Shown here: positions 33,208-33,851 of the stretch, piece by piece
Numbering within the stretch: the first letter of the stretch is position 1
Layout: the number at the start of each line of letters is the position of its first letter
Assembly: GCF_004010195.1 (NCBI RefSeq)
Contig: NC_057755.1
Location: 8,869,685 to 8,903,535, forward strand
DNA length: 33,851 bases
Reading direction: 5' to 3'
Source: Chiloscyllium plagiosum
Lineage: Eukaryota
Position numbers and translations under genes: made by a program
Notes under the pieces: generated by a model
What the model saw: the letters and a program-made list of their open reading frames with translations, nothing else
Databases searched by the model: none
What the model was told of the DNA's origin: nothing

Positions 33208-33851
33208 GCCCTCAAGACGCTGCCTGTCTTTTACCAGGACCTGATCACTGTCTGGAACATGGTCGAATCGCGTCGCGCCTACCCTCCGGCTGGAGTAGCG
33301 GCTGTCGTCAGGGAGCCGTTGCTCAGGAATCCGCACCTCCGTACCCGCGGGTTCGAGTGGCTGTCGGAGGGGAGGGCCGCGGCGGCGAGGGTGACCAGGG
33401 TCGGGGACGTGCTGGGTGCCGGGGGCCTGGGCTGGACGCTGCCGCAGGACATAGCAGGCAGGGCAGCGGTAGACGTCCAGTACGTGGCCACCGCCATCCG
33501 ACGCCTCAAAACGGCGGTGCTCGGACCCGACGTAGTGCACCAGTTGGAGGACGCGCAGGTGTGCGGTGGGATCCCGTCCGAGCTCACCCCAGCCCGGACG
33601 GAATTTCACATTGGCCCCAAGGTCCCGTACTCCCCGCGGGAGCCTGTGCCCCACAACCTGAGCCGCCTCCGAAATTTTAACTTTGTTTCGTTTAGGGAGG
33701 TGAACAGGAGAGCCCTGTACAGACTGCTGCTGCACACCGTCCACCTCTTCTCCCTCATCCACCGTCCGGACACGCCTTGGCGTGCCCATTTGCCACCGGG
33801 CGGTGGGGATCCCCAGTGGAGGGCTCTCTACGCGGGAGTCCTCCCCCTTCC
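33208..33851 (+). mobile_element. Young 5'-truncated Tx1-clade copy E (ORF2 fragment), runs off the right edge
   Basis: Uninterrupted frame ALKTLPVFYQDLITVWNMV...EPLLRNP...LYRLLLHTVH...PQWRALYAGVLPL over 644 nt. CpG-rich; homologous to copies A and B. Confidence 0.9.

Noticed and set aside
33028..33789. 253-aa minus-strand ORF, the longest in the track
   Set aside because: It is the antisense shadow of the GC-rich Tx1 ORF2 frame on the plus strand and crosses the insertion junction.

Overview
Repeat-dense vertebrate genomic DNA, almost certainly an elasmobranch (shark): it carries HE1-type tRNA-derived SINEs, CR1/HER1-type LINEs, Penelope-like elements, Gypsy LTR elements and Tx1-clade non-LTR retrotransposons. 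The window holds parts of two units of an old tandem segmental duplication (about 2242-13816 and 26016-33207). Each unit carries a minus-strand, two-exon GPR139/GPR142-like class A GPCR gene. One copy is a clear pseudogene (exon 1 32188-32257 with a GT>AT donor; disrupted exon 2 about 23515-24321). The other has an intact-looking exon 1 (10728-10797), and its exon 2 is presumably left of the window. The most striking signal is that nearly every Tx1 end in the window abuts the same short motif (consensus about AAACAGGAGTGTCAG) directly behind the TATA box of a short Gypsy LTR, always in sense orientation. This points to a sequence-specific retrotransposon that parasitises the promoter of another retrotransposon. 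A ~3.6 kb inversion (about 17973-21588) scrambles one such Tx1-in-Gypsy composite. All family assignments come from motif recognition by eye, not from database searches.
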